Shown in pieces: positions 51,629-60,994 of a stretch of 64,000 nucleotides of DNA. The position numbers and the translations under genes were made by a program. Numbering within the stretch: position 1 is the stretch's first letter; each line of letters opens with the position of its first letter. The notes beneath the pieces are model-generated. The model did no database searches. It was not told the origin of the DNA and saw only the letters and a program-made list of their open reading frames with translations. The DNA is from an uncultured euryarchaeote (GTDB lineage: Archaea; Thermoplasmatota; Poseidoniia; Poseidoniales; Poseidoniaceae): contig CALBIL010000058.1 of assembly GCA_937892945.1 (NCBI GenBank), forward strand, positions 27,961-91,960. Direction: 5' to 3'.

Positions 51629-52126
51629 ATGGCAGACGGCGGTGCATCTACAATCATAATGTTGGTTACAGCATTATTGATATCGAGTGCTGTAAGTGCT
51701 GTTCTTGTTCAAGAATGGTCTTCGACCTCTCGTGCGATCGAATTGCAACAAGAAGGGTTACAACTTTCTGAAGAGATTGGTATTGATTTTGCTGGTGACC
51801 CAATGATGGTGTCACTTTCGACGAATCCGGGTCCGAAAGATATTACGTTTTACATTCAGAATACAGGAATCCATACGATGGACGTCTCCACTCTTGGAGT
51901 TCTTGTAGACGGAGTGAACATCGATGTTGATTCAACAGCATTTGTACCAGCAGGTTCAGGAATATGGTCTCCGAATGTCTTACTCGAAGTAACGCTCGTT
52001 GTTGGAGCAAATGCATTTGATGATGGTCAGGAAATCTCATTGTATGCGATTGCAAGATCCGATGGAGTCTCCGGAATCTCGGCGAGTGCAAGTATGAACG
52101 AGGAGGTGCGATTGAATGAATCATAA
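51629..52126 (+). CDS. arlG: ArlG (FlaG)-like archaellum protein.
   Basis: The N-terminal hydrophobic helix is GGASTIIMLVTALLISSAVSAVLVQEW, followed by a beta-rich domain (ITFYIQNTGIHTMDVSTLGVLVDGV). It sits immediately before arlH. Confidence 0.65.
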   Translation: MADGGASTIIMLVTALLISSAVSAVLVQEWSSTSRAIELQQEGLQLSEEIGIDFAGDPMMVSLSTNPGPKDITFYIQNTGIHTMDVSTLGVLVDGVNIDVDSTAFVPAGSGIWSPNVLLEVTLVVGANAFDDGQEISLYAIARSDGVSGISASASMNEEVRLNES

Positions 52127-52859
52127 TTCGAATGAAAGCGATCCATTCAAAGCTGCCCATAAGCCAGTTGAGGATGGTTTTCCATACGACCTTGAAACTG
52201 ATTCACTTGCTGATTCGATGGGTCTCCGCCTTCCAAATCGTTCACTCTATGTTCTTCAAGGCGCTGTTGGTGGCGGTAAATCATTGGTATCTCAACGTCT
52301 TGTTTATGGAATGGTCGAGAACGGTGTCAAGGTACTTGTCATTACCACAGAACTAACCACACGTGGTTGGATTGAACAAATGGAATCGATTGGATATGGG
52401 ATTACAGATGCTATCCGTGATGGGAAACTTATGGTGTTCAGCCGGTATGGCTCCATTGCCGAAGCGACACCCGATGTTGATCTTATCCAACTTCTCGATT
52501 CCGAAGCAGTCGAACTTGCTGATGTCGTTGTTATCGATTCAGCAAGTTCCTTGATGCCTTCTAACCTTGACGATGCCCATCGCTTCAAATTAATGCAACG
52601 CCTTCGCCAAATTTCATCTCAAGGCCGTTCACTCATGCTTTGTGTTGACCCCGTTGAAATGGATGAAAAGTTGATGCATAACCTTCGAAGTTCTGCTGAA
52701 GTAGTCTTAGACCTCATGACCACGATGATTGGAGGCGAAATTAAACGGAATGTTGTCGTCACTCGTTACTTACGTGCTGCAGGTCCTGTTCAAACTTCAA
52801 TCGGATGGCGAGTTGAACCGAGTATGGGCTTCATTGTAGATATTACCGCAGTGAGCTGA
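52116..52859 (+). CDS. arlH: ArlH (FlaH), a KaiC/RecA-like ATP-binding protein of the archaellum motor.
   Basis: Walker A is LQGAVGGGKSLVSQRL and the Walker B-like strand is DVVVIDS. Length is 247 aa. Its start overlaps arlG by 11 nt, and a GGAGGTG Shine-Dalgarno site is present. Confidence 0.85.
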   Translation: MNHNSNESDPFKAAHKPVEDGFPYDLETDSLADSMGLRLPNRSLYVLQGAVGGGKSLVSQRLVYGMVENGVKVLVITTELTTRGWIEQMESIGYGITDAIRDGKLMVFSRYGSIAEATPDVDLIQLLDSEAVELADVVVIDSASSLMPSNLDDAHRFKLMQRLRQISSQGRSLMLCVDPVEMDEKLMHNLRSSAEVVLDLMTTMIGGEIKRNVVVTRYLRAAGPVQTSIGWRVEPSMGFIVDITAVS

Positions 52860-52872
52860 TGGAGGAATTGTG

Positions 52873-54591
52873 ATGGCTGAAGATGAAACACGATTCGCTA
52901 AAGGCGACCTTACCAGTGTCATGAATGCGTATCCCCATGTAGCAAATTGGGTTCGTGACTTTGAAGCGCAATACGGTACACGTCCAGTCTATTACGGGCC
53001 TCTTGACAGAGATGCCAAAAAACAACGCCCACTCAATCTTATCTATCTGGCCAAAGAGCCAATCTTTATCCACATTTATGAGCCTCCGGTTGATGAAGAA
53101 GGTGGTGGGCAGGTTCTTTGGTTTGGACTCGAGCCACAATTGACTGAAGAAGAAGAAAACATCCGCCGTGAACTTGTTGAAGTGCTTCTACAAGAAGCAC
53201 CAAGCGCTCCTTCCTTTACTACAGACAGTGAGTTTGAATCGATTTTGGCTCAAATGATTGAGAAATATACGGTGCTTGAATCAGACCTTACAACTTCCGT
53301 TCGACGTCAAGGTCGAATTTGGGAAATGATGGGGTTAGATGACAAGCGGATGATTGTCACTCCTGAACAACGTGAACTTTTACAATATACAATTATTCGT
53401 GACTTGATTCGAAACGGTCCCCTTGAACCTCTCCTCTCAGACGAGATGTTGGAAGATATTCACTCCATTGGTCTGAAGCATGTGCATATGGACCACAAAG
53501 TGTTTGGAATGGTCACATCCAATATACGATTCCGAGATCGAGAAGTCCTCGCTCGGTTCTTACGAGCGATGTCTGAACGTATTGGCCGTCCCGTATCGGA
53601 TAATCGTCCAATTATCGATGGTGCTCTGCTTGATGGTTCTCGTATCAATATCATTTTCTCTGACGATGTTTCAATGCTTGGTCCATCGTTTACTATCCGT
53701 AAGTTTGCTGAAGAAACGATTTCAATTACTCAATTAATTGCATGGGGTACGATTTCAGCTCAAGTTGCAGCCTACATCTGGATTTGTCTTGAATACGGTA
53801 TGTCCGTTCTGGTTTCGGGAGAAACAGCATCGGGTAAAACAACGACACTCAATGCGATTTTGCCGTTTATCGACCACAATGTCAAAATTTATTCTGCTGA
53901 AGATACACCGGAAGTTAAAGTTCGACACAAAATTTGGCAACGCCTGGTCACTCGCCAGTCGAAGAATGAAGATTCAAGTGTTGAAATGTTCGACCTCCTC
54001 AAAGCGGCTCTTCGTAGCCGTCCGCGATACATTATCATTGGAGAAATTCGTGGTGTTGAAGGTGCGACAGCCTTCCAAGCAATGCAAACAGGTCACCCTG
54101 TTATCGCAACGTTCCACGCATCATCAATCGTGAAAATGATTCAAAGATTCACTGGCGACCCGATCAATGTTCCAATTCGTTTCTTCGATAACTTGAATTT
54201 CGCTATTTTCCAAGAAGTTGTAGAAGCACCTGGTGGTGGAATCGCTCGACGTGTTACAGGTATCGATGAAGTCATTGGTTACAATAAACACAGTGATGGT
54301 GTCCTCACACGTGGAATGTTCGAATGGGATCCTGTAAAAGATAAGCATTATTTCCGAGGAATGTTCCAAAGCCACTTGCTGGAAAATAAAATTGCTGCAA
54401 TGGCAGGCTTCGCCAATAAGCGTGATATTTACGATGAAATGCTCAAGCGTGCTGACGCTCTTCAACGCATGGTTGATCGAGACTTAACGCATTATGATGA
54501 TGTCTTTGATTTACTTGGAATTTACTACAACAGTGGTTGGGATTATTTCGACAAGGCAGTGGATTCTTGGAAAGGCATAAACCATGACTGA
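52873..54591 (+). CDS. arlI: ArlI (FlaI), the archaellum assembly and motor ATPase (type II/IV secretion ATPase superfamily).
   Basis: Walker A is SGETASGKTTTLNA, the Asp box is AEDTPE, Walker B is RPRYIIIGEIRG and the His box is GHPVIATFHA. A GGAGGA Shine-Dalgarno site lies 6 nt upstream of ATG 52873. Confidence 0.95.
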   Translation: MAEDETRFAKGDLTSVMNAYPHVANWVRDFEAQYGTRPVYYGPLDRDAKKQRPLNLIYLAKEPIFIHIYEPPVDEEGGGQVLWFGLEPQLTEEEENIRRELVEVLLQEAPSAPSFTTDSEFESILAQMIEKYTVLESDLTTSVRRQGRIWEMMGLDDKRMIVTPEQRELLQYTIIRDLIRNGPLEPLLSDEMLEDIHSIGLKHVHMDHKVFGMVTSNIRFRDREVLARFLRAMSERIGRPVSDNRPIIDGALLDGSRINIIFSDDVSMLGPSFTIRKFAEETISITQLIAWGTISAQVAAYIWICLEYGMSVLVSGETASGKTTTLNAILPFIDHNVKIYSAEDTPEVKVRHKIWQRLVTRQSKNEDSSVEMFDLLKAALRSRPRYIIIGEIRGVEGATAFQAMQTGHPVIATFHASSIVKMIQRFTGDPINVPIRFFDNLNFAIFQEVVEAPGGGIARRVTGIDEVIGYNKHSDGVLTRGMFEWDPVKDKHYFRGMFQSHLLENKIAAMAGFANKRDIYDEMLKRADALQRMVDRDLTHYDDVFDLLGIYYNSGWDYFDKAVDSWKGINHD

Positions 54592-54601
54592 GGGATGATG
54601 T

Positions 54602-56404
54602 ATGCAGCGAATGTCTTACTGGCAAATCGCTCTACGTCGCGTAGAAATTCCAATTATTCAATTCCTTGCTTTTATGGTCGGAGGGGCAGCCCTCGGAGGA
54701 CTCATCTTTTCCTTCATTTTCATCTCTGTAACTGGGGGAATGGGTGAGCAAGGCCTCTTCACCGGCTCTGCTGGTGTACTTTTTATCATTATTTTACCAT
54801 TGATCACCGGTGGTGCAGCCTTAGGGTTTCCACTTCTGGAAGTTCGTCGAGCAGCAACCCTGATCGAAAAAGAAATGCATATGTTCATCACTCGAATGGG
54901 TATTCTTTCCATCGGTGAAGTCGCAGCTCAATCTATTTTCGATATTCTCAAGCAAATGAGCGACTACGGTGAATTGGCTAAGGAAGTCAAACGAATTGAG
55001 ACTTTAGTTGAAAAATGGCATACTTCGTTACCGGAAGCAGCTCGAATTGTTGCTCAGCAGAGTCCAAGCCCTCTCTGGGCTGATTTCCTTGACCGAATGG
55101 CGTTTTCAATCGAAGCAGGACAAGCTATTGACGATTTCATGCGTTCTGAACAAGAAACGATTGCAGAACAGTACTCTACCTTGTATGACACTCGCCTTGA
55201 ATCGGTGGACACGATGAAAGAAATCTATGTTTCTTTGACCACTGCGGGACTTTTCGGTTTGGTTATTGCTGGTATTCATTTGGTCTTGTTCGAAGTTGGT
55301 TCTGCCAGCGATACACCCATCATGGTTGCGAGTCGAATGCGCTTCCTCTTGCTAGCAGGTCTCTTGTTCACAATTATTCAAATCGGGGCTGTATTTGCCT
55401 TCCGTGCTACGATTCCTGAAGATCCAACCTTTGCCCGAGATGACCTTGATACACCTTTCCGAATCAATTTCATCCGTTCCTTGGTTGGCTCGGGTATTCT
55501 TACAGCCATTCTTTTAGTTGTCACGCTGTTCACTATTCTTTCTGCATGGGAGGCTGTAACCTCTCAATGGGATCGTTATGGTCTTCTTTTCATTGCAGCA
55601 CCGCTCTCTCCTATGCTTGTCCCAGCCCTGATGGTTGCTCGAGAAGAACGTCAAATTCTTCGCCGTGATGAAACCTACCCTGATTTCATTCGTGCCCTGG
55701 GTGGTACTGCACAAGCCCGTTCAGCAGAACCTTCAGCTACGATCAAAGCACTGCGTGGTATTGATTTCGGAATGCTTGACAATTCGATTGACCGCTTGGA
55801 ACGTCGTCTCTCAACTCGTATCGACTCCGACCGCGCTTGGGACTATTTCAACGCAGATACGAATTCAGCAGTTATTTCACGATACACTCGTATTTACATT
55901 GAAGGCTCGCATTCTTCGGGACAGCCGGCTCGAACAGCTGAACTTGTTTCCCGTTCAGTTGGGAGTTTACTCTCATTGCGGCATCGAAGGTCGCTTTCTG
56001 CAAACACCATGCGTGGTGTTGCACTTGGTTTACTGATCGCTTGCGTTACCAGTTTGAACGTTACGATTGCGATTGTTACGAAACTTGGTGATTCGATTGC
56101 TGGTGTTGCCTCGAGCTTCAGTGACACAGATGTCAGTGTACTTTCCGAATTCGGTGCGGGACTTTCTCTCCCGATTATGGATGATGCATCAGGTGTTGAA
56201 GAAAATATACGCTTGTTCAAAATCATTGTTTCAATCTTGATTCTCATTCTCGTTTGGGCAGTCTCAGTTATTTCGAACCGATTACGAGGAGGAGGCAATA
56301 CGACCGCTCTGGGCCAATCAATACAATTGCTTTGGGTTGCCGGTATTGCTTCATACATTACCTCACTCATACTTACAACGGCATCCTCGCTCTTCAGTGT
56401 TTGA
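54602..56404 (+). CDS. arlJ: ArlJ (FlaJ), the polytopic membrane platform protein of the archaellum.
   Basis: The 600-aa ORF has about 8-9 TM helices separated by two soluble T2SS-F-like helical domains. It lies directly downstream of arlI. Confidence 0.9.
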   Translation: MQRMSYWQIALRRVEIPIIQFLAFMVGGAALGGLIFSFIFISVTGGMGEQGLFTGSAGVLFIIILPLITGGAALGFPLLEVRRAATLIEKEMHMFITRMGILSIGEVAAQSIFDILKQMSDYGELAKEVKRIETLVEKWHTSLPEAARIVAQQSPSPLWADFLDRMAFSIEAGQAIDDFMRSEQETIAEQYSTLYDTRLESVDTMKEIYVSLTTAGLFGLVIAGIHLVLFEVGSASDTPIMVASRMRFLLLAGLLFTIIQIGAVFAFRATIPEDPTFARDDLDTPFRINFIRSLVGSGILTAILLVVTLFTILSAWEAVTSQWDRYGLLFIAAPLSPMLVPALMVAREERQILRRDETYPDFIRALGGTAQARSAEPSATIKALRGIDFGMLDNSIDRLERRLSTRIDSDRAWDYFNADTNSAVISRYTRIYIEGSHSSGQPARTAELVSRSVGSLLSLRHRRSLSANTMRGVALGLLIACVTSLNVTIAIVTKLGDSIAGVASSFSDTDVSVLSEFGAGLSLPIMDDASGVEENIRLFKIIVSILILILVWAVSVISNRLRGGGNTTALGQSIQLLWVAGIASYITSLILTTASSLFSV

Positions 56405-56444
56405 GAATCCCAAAAACCATAACCCCGTTCTAAGAATTCAATTC

Positions 56445-56900
56445 ATGCAAAGCCTTCCGCCACCACCTGTCCCGCAAACGATTCGCCCGGTTGCCACACC
56501 AGCGTCTCCTTATCAACCTGCAGCAGGATTCCAGCAATCCTCAATGAGTTATTCCTTTCACCGTTGGCTCATGTTGGGTGTTGTCCTTCTTCTCTCTTCA
56601 GTGGTGTTTGTCGAAGTCATCGATATGTTTGGTCCACCATCGGTCGTTGATTACAACATGGAGCAAGAGAATATTGCGGAGGTTATTGCAGACGATACCG
56701 AAGCCCATGCTGATTTAACACGGGTTATTTCGTCAGTTGCAAGTATTTTGCAAGCCTTTGGCTTGGGTCTGATTGGTTATGCTTTGCTTCGTGAATCCCA
56801 TGATGGTAAAAACGAACACACTGCTTTACGTGTTACAGCAGTCATCGTTGGAATCTTGGTGCTTACGAGTATTGTTTCTCAACAAATCTCCATTTTCTGA
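56445..56900 (+). CDS. Small membrane protein with a proline-rich N-terminus. Hypothetical; last gene of the archaellum block.
   Basis: ATG 56445 gives MQSLPPPPVPQTIRPVATPASPYQP, followed by three hydrophobic helices (WLMLGVVLLLSSVVFVEVI, VASILQAFGLGLIGYALL, VTAVIVGILVLTSIV). It lies 40 nt after arlJ on the same strand. Confidence 0.55.
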   Translation: MQSLPPPPVPQTIRPVATPASPYQPAAGFQQSSMSYSFHRWLMLGVVLLLSSVVFVEVIDMFGPPSVVDYNMEQENIAEVIADDTEAHADLTRVISSVASILQAFGLGLIGYALLRESHDGKNEHTALRVTAVIVGILVLTSIVSQQISIF

Positions 56901-56902
56901 GG

Positions 56903-57562
56903 TCACCGCTTCTTTTCGTAGGCGATACGTTTCTTTGTGGCCGTCCATGAACAAATTGGACATTGGGTAAGGTCATGCCCTCGGGCAGGGCAATATTCTC
57001 TTCCAAAAAAGATGATTTGCAAATGCAGTTTATTCCACAACTCCTTTGGGAATATCGCCTTTAAGTCACGTTCAGTACGTTCAACCGTTGTATCATTCGA
57101 TAAGCCCCAACGAGCAGCGAGACGATGAATATGTGTGTCGATCGGGAACGCTGGAACTCCAAAGGACTGTGCCATTACGACGCCTGCTGTTTTGTGACCA
57201 ACACCTGGCAAGTTTTCGAGGTGTTCGAAACTTTGAGGTACGATTCCATTATGGCGTTCAATCAATAATTCAGATAACCGAAGTATATTCTTTGCCTTTG
57301 TCGGCGCCAAACCGACTTGTCGAATATCCTTGAGAATTGTATCTACACTGAGTTGAACCATTGTCTCGGGTGTTGGTGCTTTACCAAACAAGGCTGGAGT
57401 TACTTGGTTGACTTTGACATCGGTTGTTTGGGCACTCATCAATACCGCAACCAGTAATTGGAAGTCATTTTGATGGTCGAGTGGGACAGGTGTCTCTGGG
57501 TAGAATTCTTCCAGCATGTCAACAATACGTTTTGCCTTTTCACTTCGCTTCATATTTTTCAC
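56903..57562 (-). CDS. nth: Endonuclease III (HhH-GPD DNA glycosylase/AP lyase).
   Basis: Motifs seen are LLVAVLMSAQTTD, the HhH motif LENLPGVGHKTAGVVM, and IDTHIHRLA. The C-terminal Cys loop is CPARGHDLTQCPIC; only three Cys are visible, not the canonical four. Confidence 0.9.
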   Translation of the reverse strand: MKNMKRSEKAKRIVDMLEEFYPETPVPLDHQNDFQLLVAVLMSAQTTDVKVNQVTPALFGKAPTPETMVQLSVDTILKDIRQVGLAPTKAKNILRLSELLIERHNGIVPQSFEHLENLPGVGHKTAGVVMAQSFGVPAFPIDTHIHRLAARWGLSNDTTVERTERDLKAIFPKELWNKLHLQIIFFGREYCPARGHDLTQCPICSWTATKKRIAYEKKR

Positions 57563-57866
57563 CTTGGAGCGTCAACAATTGTGGAGGTACTCGATAAACG
57601 TAGTCGATACCCTTTCCAAACAATTGAATTATATGTTCATCGGGTTCGAACACAACACGTTCAACAGTTGCATCAATTCCATGCAAAGGCATTGCTGCAG
57701 CAAAACCCCCGTTTCGATAAAGAGTGAGACTTGTTTCGACTTTCTCAGGTGGTGAACTGAAACAGAGATGTTCTTCACTGTGTTCGACATGTCCATTCAC
57801 GGAGAGGAAAAATGCTTGAAAGTATTGAGTGAGTTCGGACCATTGTTCTACAGTACATTCGAACAT
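57540..57866 (-). CDS. Hypothetical soluble protein (108 aa).
   Basis: The ORF sits between the small membrane-protein gene (57876..58085, downstream of polX) and nth on the same strand, and its 3' end overlaps the nth start by 23 nt. I recognise no motif. Confidence 0.45.
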   Translation of the reverse strand: MFECTVEQWSELTQYFQAFFLSVNGHVEHSEEHLCFSSPPEKVETSLTLYRNGGFAAAMPLHGIDATVERVVFEPDEHIIQLFGKGIDYVYRVPPQLLTLQGEKYEAK

Positions 57867-57875
57867 TGAGTCACC

Positions 57876-58085
57876 TCAAGATTCAATTTGAACAGCGTAG
57901 GCTTCACCGGTTTTCCATCCGAAAAGTAATCCTAGAGTAACTGAAAGGAGGGGGATTCCATTGCAAATGAGGGATTCGATCGGCTCAGTGACCGGTTGAC
58001 CAGCAGTGTACCAGATAATCATTGCCAAAAGAAGGCCTGGAATCAACATGACAGCACCCATGATGAGGGTTCTCAAGAGACGCAT
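57876..58085 (-). CDS. Hypothetical small membrane protein (69 aa, two TM helices).
   Basis: Hydrophobic segments are LIMGAVMLIPGLLLAMIIWY and GIPLLSVTLGLLFGW. It lies 47 nt downstream of polX on the same strand. Confidence 0.45.
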   Translation of the reverse strand: MRLLRTLIMGAVMLIPGLLLAMIIWYTAGQPVTEPIESLICNGIPLLSVTLGLLFGWKTGEAYAVQIES

Positions 58086-58132
58086 ACCATTGCCAGTCGG
58101 AGGTGTGACATGAAGGTGTGGTTGGAATCACT

Positions 58133-60070
58133 TCAAGCAAGTCGTCGAGCCAGTTCTTCTCCAGAAAGCGAATTCAAGACATTTTGAGATTCAATCCAGC
58201 CTTTTCGAGCAGCCATTACACCGTAACTAATATCTGCTAAACCACGAATTGAATGCGCATCAGGGTTAATGATAAGAGGGACTCCTAAACCCTTTGCGTG
58301 TTTGCATAAGCGCCAATCCAAATCTAGCCGATAGGGGCTTGCATTCAATTCGACCGCTTTCAAATGCCCTTCATCATTCTGCTCAGCCATGTATTCGAGT
58401 ACTGCAAATAAGTCGACTTCATAGCCGTCTCGTCCTTGAAGTATTCTTCCAGTTGGATGACCAAGTATAGTGGTTGAAGGATGGTCAAGACAGCGCATTA
58501 ATTCTTCAGTATTCTGCACTTCATCCCGAGCCTTCCATTTCGAGATCGCATGGACGGAGGCGACGGTATAATCAAGTTCAGCAAGTACATCATCGGGATG
58601 ATCTAATTTTCCACCTTCAAGAATATCGGATTCAACACCATGGAATAAACGGAAATCGACGCCCTCATTTGCCCATGCATTGTTGTATTCACGGATTGTA
58701 GCGCCTTGTTGCAACAAATCTTCAGCACTTGCACCATTTGCAATTTTCAGAGTGGGTGAATGGTCAGCAACACCGAGCCAATTCCAACCCATTTTCCGAG
58801 CTGTGTCTGCCATTTGTTCAAGTGTTGCTTCGCCATCCGATAACGTCGTATGATTATGTAGGGCTCCACGAATGTCTTTCCCTGTGAGCAGTGTCGGTAA
58901 AGCGGAGGATTCTGCCGCCACAATTTCACCCGTATCTTCTCGAAGTTCAGGCGTGACCCATTCGAGGTCGAGATGGCGATAGATTTCTTCTTCATTCGTA
59001 GCAGGGAGTGAGAATTGTGCTGCAGCCATTCCCTTCAAATCGCCTGCCTTAGCATCGGGAATAAGCCCGAACTCATTGAGCTTCAAGCCACGGTCAATCG
59101 CTCGTTGACGCATGGCGATGTTGTGCTCTTTGCTTCCGGTAAAATAGGCTAAGGTAAATGGAAACACTTCTGGAGGTACGAGTCGAACCTGAGCGTCAAT
59201 CGTGCCGCCGCTTTCCAATTGTTCGTAATCTTCGCCGCCAATAGCATCCAATACATTCGGATCAATATGGCCAACAGTGAATCCACCTTCAAACACACTC
59301 GTGTCAAGGATGATACTGATTTTTGAATCTCCTGCACCTTTGACATCAGCAATTCCAGGTAACCCGAGAATGGCTTGGGAAACCATTTCATGATTTTCGT
59401 TTTCGACAGCGACGACCAAGTCCAAATCCCCAATTGTTTCTTTACGACGCCGAGCACTACCTGCTAACTGCGCTTTTATGACGCCATCAAGTCCTGCAAT
59501 TTTTGTTTGAAAAGCCTCACCGTACATCAAGCCAACATCGAGTCTTCGCCGTGCCCTAAAGCGCGCCAGCAATTCGATACCACTCAGCATGCGTTGTTGG
59601 GATTTTTCACCAAATCCTTTCATCGGTGCAATCAAGCCCTCAAGTGCTGCCTGTTTCAAGGTCGCAACAGAATCAACTCCAAGTTCTTCATTCATCAGTT
59701 TAATTCGCTTTGGCCCAAGTCCAGGGATGCCGAGCATTTCGATCAAACCTTTCGGTGTTTGTTCGTGCAGGTCGACCCAGTCACTTGGCCAACGTCCTTC
59801 GCCAATGGCTTGAGTGAGGGCAGAGCCCAGTCCTTTTCCAATTCCTTTCATCTCAAAAAGACGACCTGTCGCAACAAGTTCACCTAAATCTTCGGTGAGC
59901 CCACCAAGCATTCTACTTACATTTTGATATGAACGAACACGGAATACATTTGCCCCATTGAGTTCGAGTAGAACCGCCACTTGGTGCAGAACCGAAGCGA
60001 TTTGATTCCGTGAAAAATAAGGTGGACCGTTTGGACGTGCCTTCGGGAGTGTGAAACCGCCACCTGCCAT
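58133..60070 (-). CDS. polX: Family X DNA polymerase with a C-terminal PHP phosphoesterase domain (PolX).
   Basis: N-terminal HhH motifs are GIGKGLG and IPGLGPKR. The Pol beta nucleotidyltransferase motif is AGSARRRKETIGDLDLVV. The PHP domain shows GALHNHTTLSDGE, GVADHS, HGVESDI and NPDAHS. Confidence 0.9.
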   Translation of the reverse strand: MAGGGFTLPKARPNGPPYFSRNQIASVLHQVAVLLELNGANVFRVRSYQNVSRMLGGLTEDLGELVATGRLFEMKGIGKGLGSALTQAIGEGRWPSDWVDLHEQTPKGLIEMLGIPGLGPKRIKLMNEELGVDSVATLKQAALEGLIAPMKGFGEKSQQRMLSGIELLARFRARRRLDVGLMYGEAFQTKIAGLDGVIKAQLAGSARRRKETIGDLDLVVAVENENHEMVSQAILGLPGIADVKGAGDSKISIILDTSVFEGGFTVGHIDPNVLDAIGGEDYEQLESGGTIDAQVRLVPPEVFPFTLAYFTGSKEHNIAMRQRAIDRGLKLNEFGLIPDAKAGDLKGMAAAQFSLPATNEEEIYRHLDLEWVTPELREDTGEIVAAESSALPTLLTGKDIRGALHNHTTLSDGEATLEQMADTARKMGWNWLGVADHSPTLKIANGASAEDLLQQGATIREYNNAWANEGVDFRLFHGVESDILEGGKLDHPDDVLAELDYTVASVHAISKWKARDEVQNTEELMRCLDHPSTTILGHPTGRILQGRDGYEVDLFAVLEYMAEQNDEGHLKAVELNASPYRLDLDWRLCKHAKGLGVPLIINPDAHSIRGLADISYGVMAARKGWIESQNVLNSLSGEELARRLA

Positions 60071-60161
60071 GGTGTGTGTTACACTCGACCCTTCTCAAAC
60101 ATTGCTCTGTCCATTCCCATTGAAACTTCATGTTGAAGAACCACAAGTCATAGGCTCTCAC

Positions 60162-60491
60162 ATGGTCAGTGCTGATTCCATCGAACTTCTGGCCGAATTA
60201 CTCTGTGGGGTTTCAGCACTTTTATTCACCTTTATTGCCACATTTTCACGCTCTGAAAAAGCAGAAAACATCGTTCAAAATATAATTGCAATTTGCTTAA
60301 TTGCAGCCGCAGCCGTACTTTGGTGGCTTTCTCTCTCGGGTGGAGAATTATGGGGTTCGAATTATCTTCCAAAACCACTTTCTTTGGTCTGCATTGTTCT
60401 TGCCATCGCAGCACGAATGAATATTAAAGGAGAGAATGTCTCTTTTGGAGCAAACCCACATACCATCAACAAGTCAACAGAAGAAGAGTAA
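60162..60491 (+). CDS. Hypothetical small membrane protein (109 aa, three TM helices).
   Basis: ATG 60162 gives MVSADSIELLAELLCGVSALLFTFIATF, followed by two further hydrophobic helices. The longer track start at 60051 overlaps the polX 5' end. Confidence 0.45.
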   Translation: MVSADSIELLAELLCGVSALLFTFIATFSRSEKAENIVQNIIAICLIAAAAVLWWLSLSGGELWGSNYLPKPLSLVCIVLAIAARMNIKGENVSFGANPHTINKSTEEE

Positions 60492-60827
60492 TCAAACAAT
60501 TTCGCCACGAGGTTGTGATGAATCGGTATCAACTGGTTCAGTACTTGCCGCTTCCTTTGCCATTTTTTTATCGATAAATGTACGCATGTACTCTGGAAGT
60601 TCACCGTTGACAAAAATTACATCATTGATGTGTACCAATTTCTTCAAGGAATAGTAAATTTGCATGGCAGTCATTGGGGTTGAAGAACAACCAGTACATC
60701 CACCATCGAGTGATAGCATGATATTTCCATCGGTTGTATCGAGAACAGTAACAACTCCATCGTGTTCATCAAGGATCTCTTGAACCGGGCCGATTTCGGC
60801 CAAGACCTCCTCTGCGGTGATGCTCAT
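60492..60827 (-). CDS. nfu: NifU C-terminal-domain (Nfu-type) Fe-S cluster carrier protein.
   Basis: [42 protein letters not shown] matches the Nfu CxxC scaffold motif. A C-terminal extension of about 40 aa follows. Confidence 0.75.
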   Translation of the reverse strand: MSITAEEVLAEIGPVQEILDEHDGVVTVLDTTDGNIMLSLDGGCTGCSSTPMTAMQIYYSLKKLVHINDVIFVNGELPEYMRTFIDKKMAKEAASTEPVDTDSSQPRGEIV

Positions 60828-60908
60828 TGTTCCAGTGCTGTCGTCTCTCCCCTTTCAATAATTGCTTGTCAAAGTTCACATGTTGCATCTCTACGGCATC
60901 AATCCATA

Positions 60909-60945
60909 CCCCCAAAAAGCAGTGCAGGGGGTGTTTTTTTTGGGG
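60909..60945 (+). promoter_or_regulatory. GC-clamped hairpin followed by a T8 tract in the nfu / hppA divergent spacer. Function unresolved (leader structure, promoter element or attenuator).
   Basis: CCCCC(60909-13)-aaaaagcagtgca-GGGGG(60927-31)-tg-TTTTTTTT(60934-41)-GGGG. A second small hairpin, GAACC-acttatgagg-GGTTC, follows. An AGGTG Shine-Dalgarno site lies 8 nt before the hppA ATG. Confidence 0.3.
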
Positions 60946-60994
60946 AACCACTTATGAGGGGTTCTTTGGTCGCCGGCATTACAGGTGTTCTATA

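Noticed and set aside
60827-60994. Cys-rich 56-aa N-terminal extension of the pyrophosphatase ORF ([20 protein letters not shown]...).
   Set aside because: The extension starts back-to-back with the nfu start codon and spans the structured, T8-containing spacer. It has no counterpart in H+-PPases, which begin at the [13 protein letters not shown] hydrophobic helix (ATG 60995).
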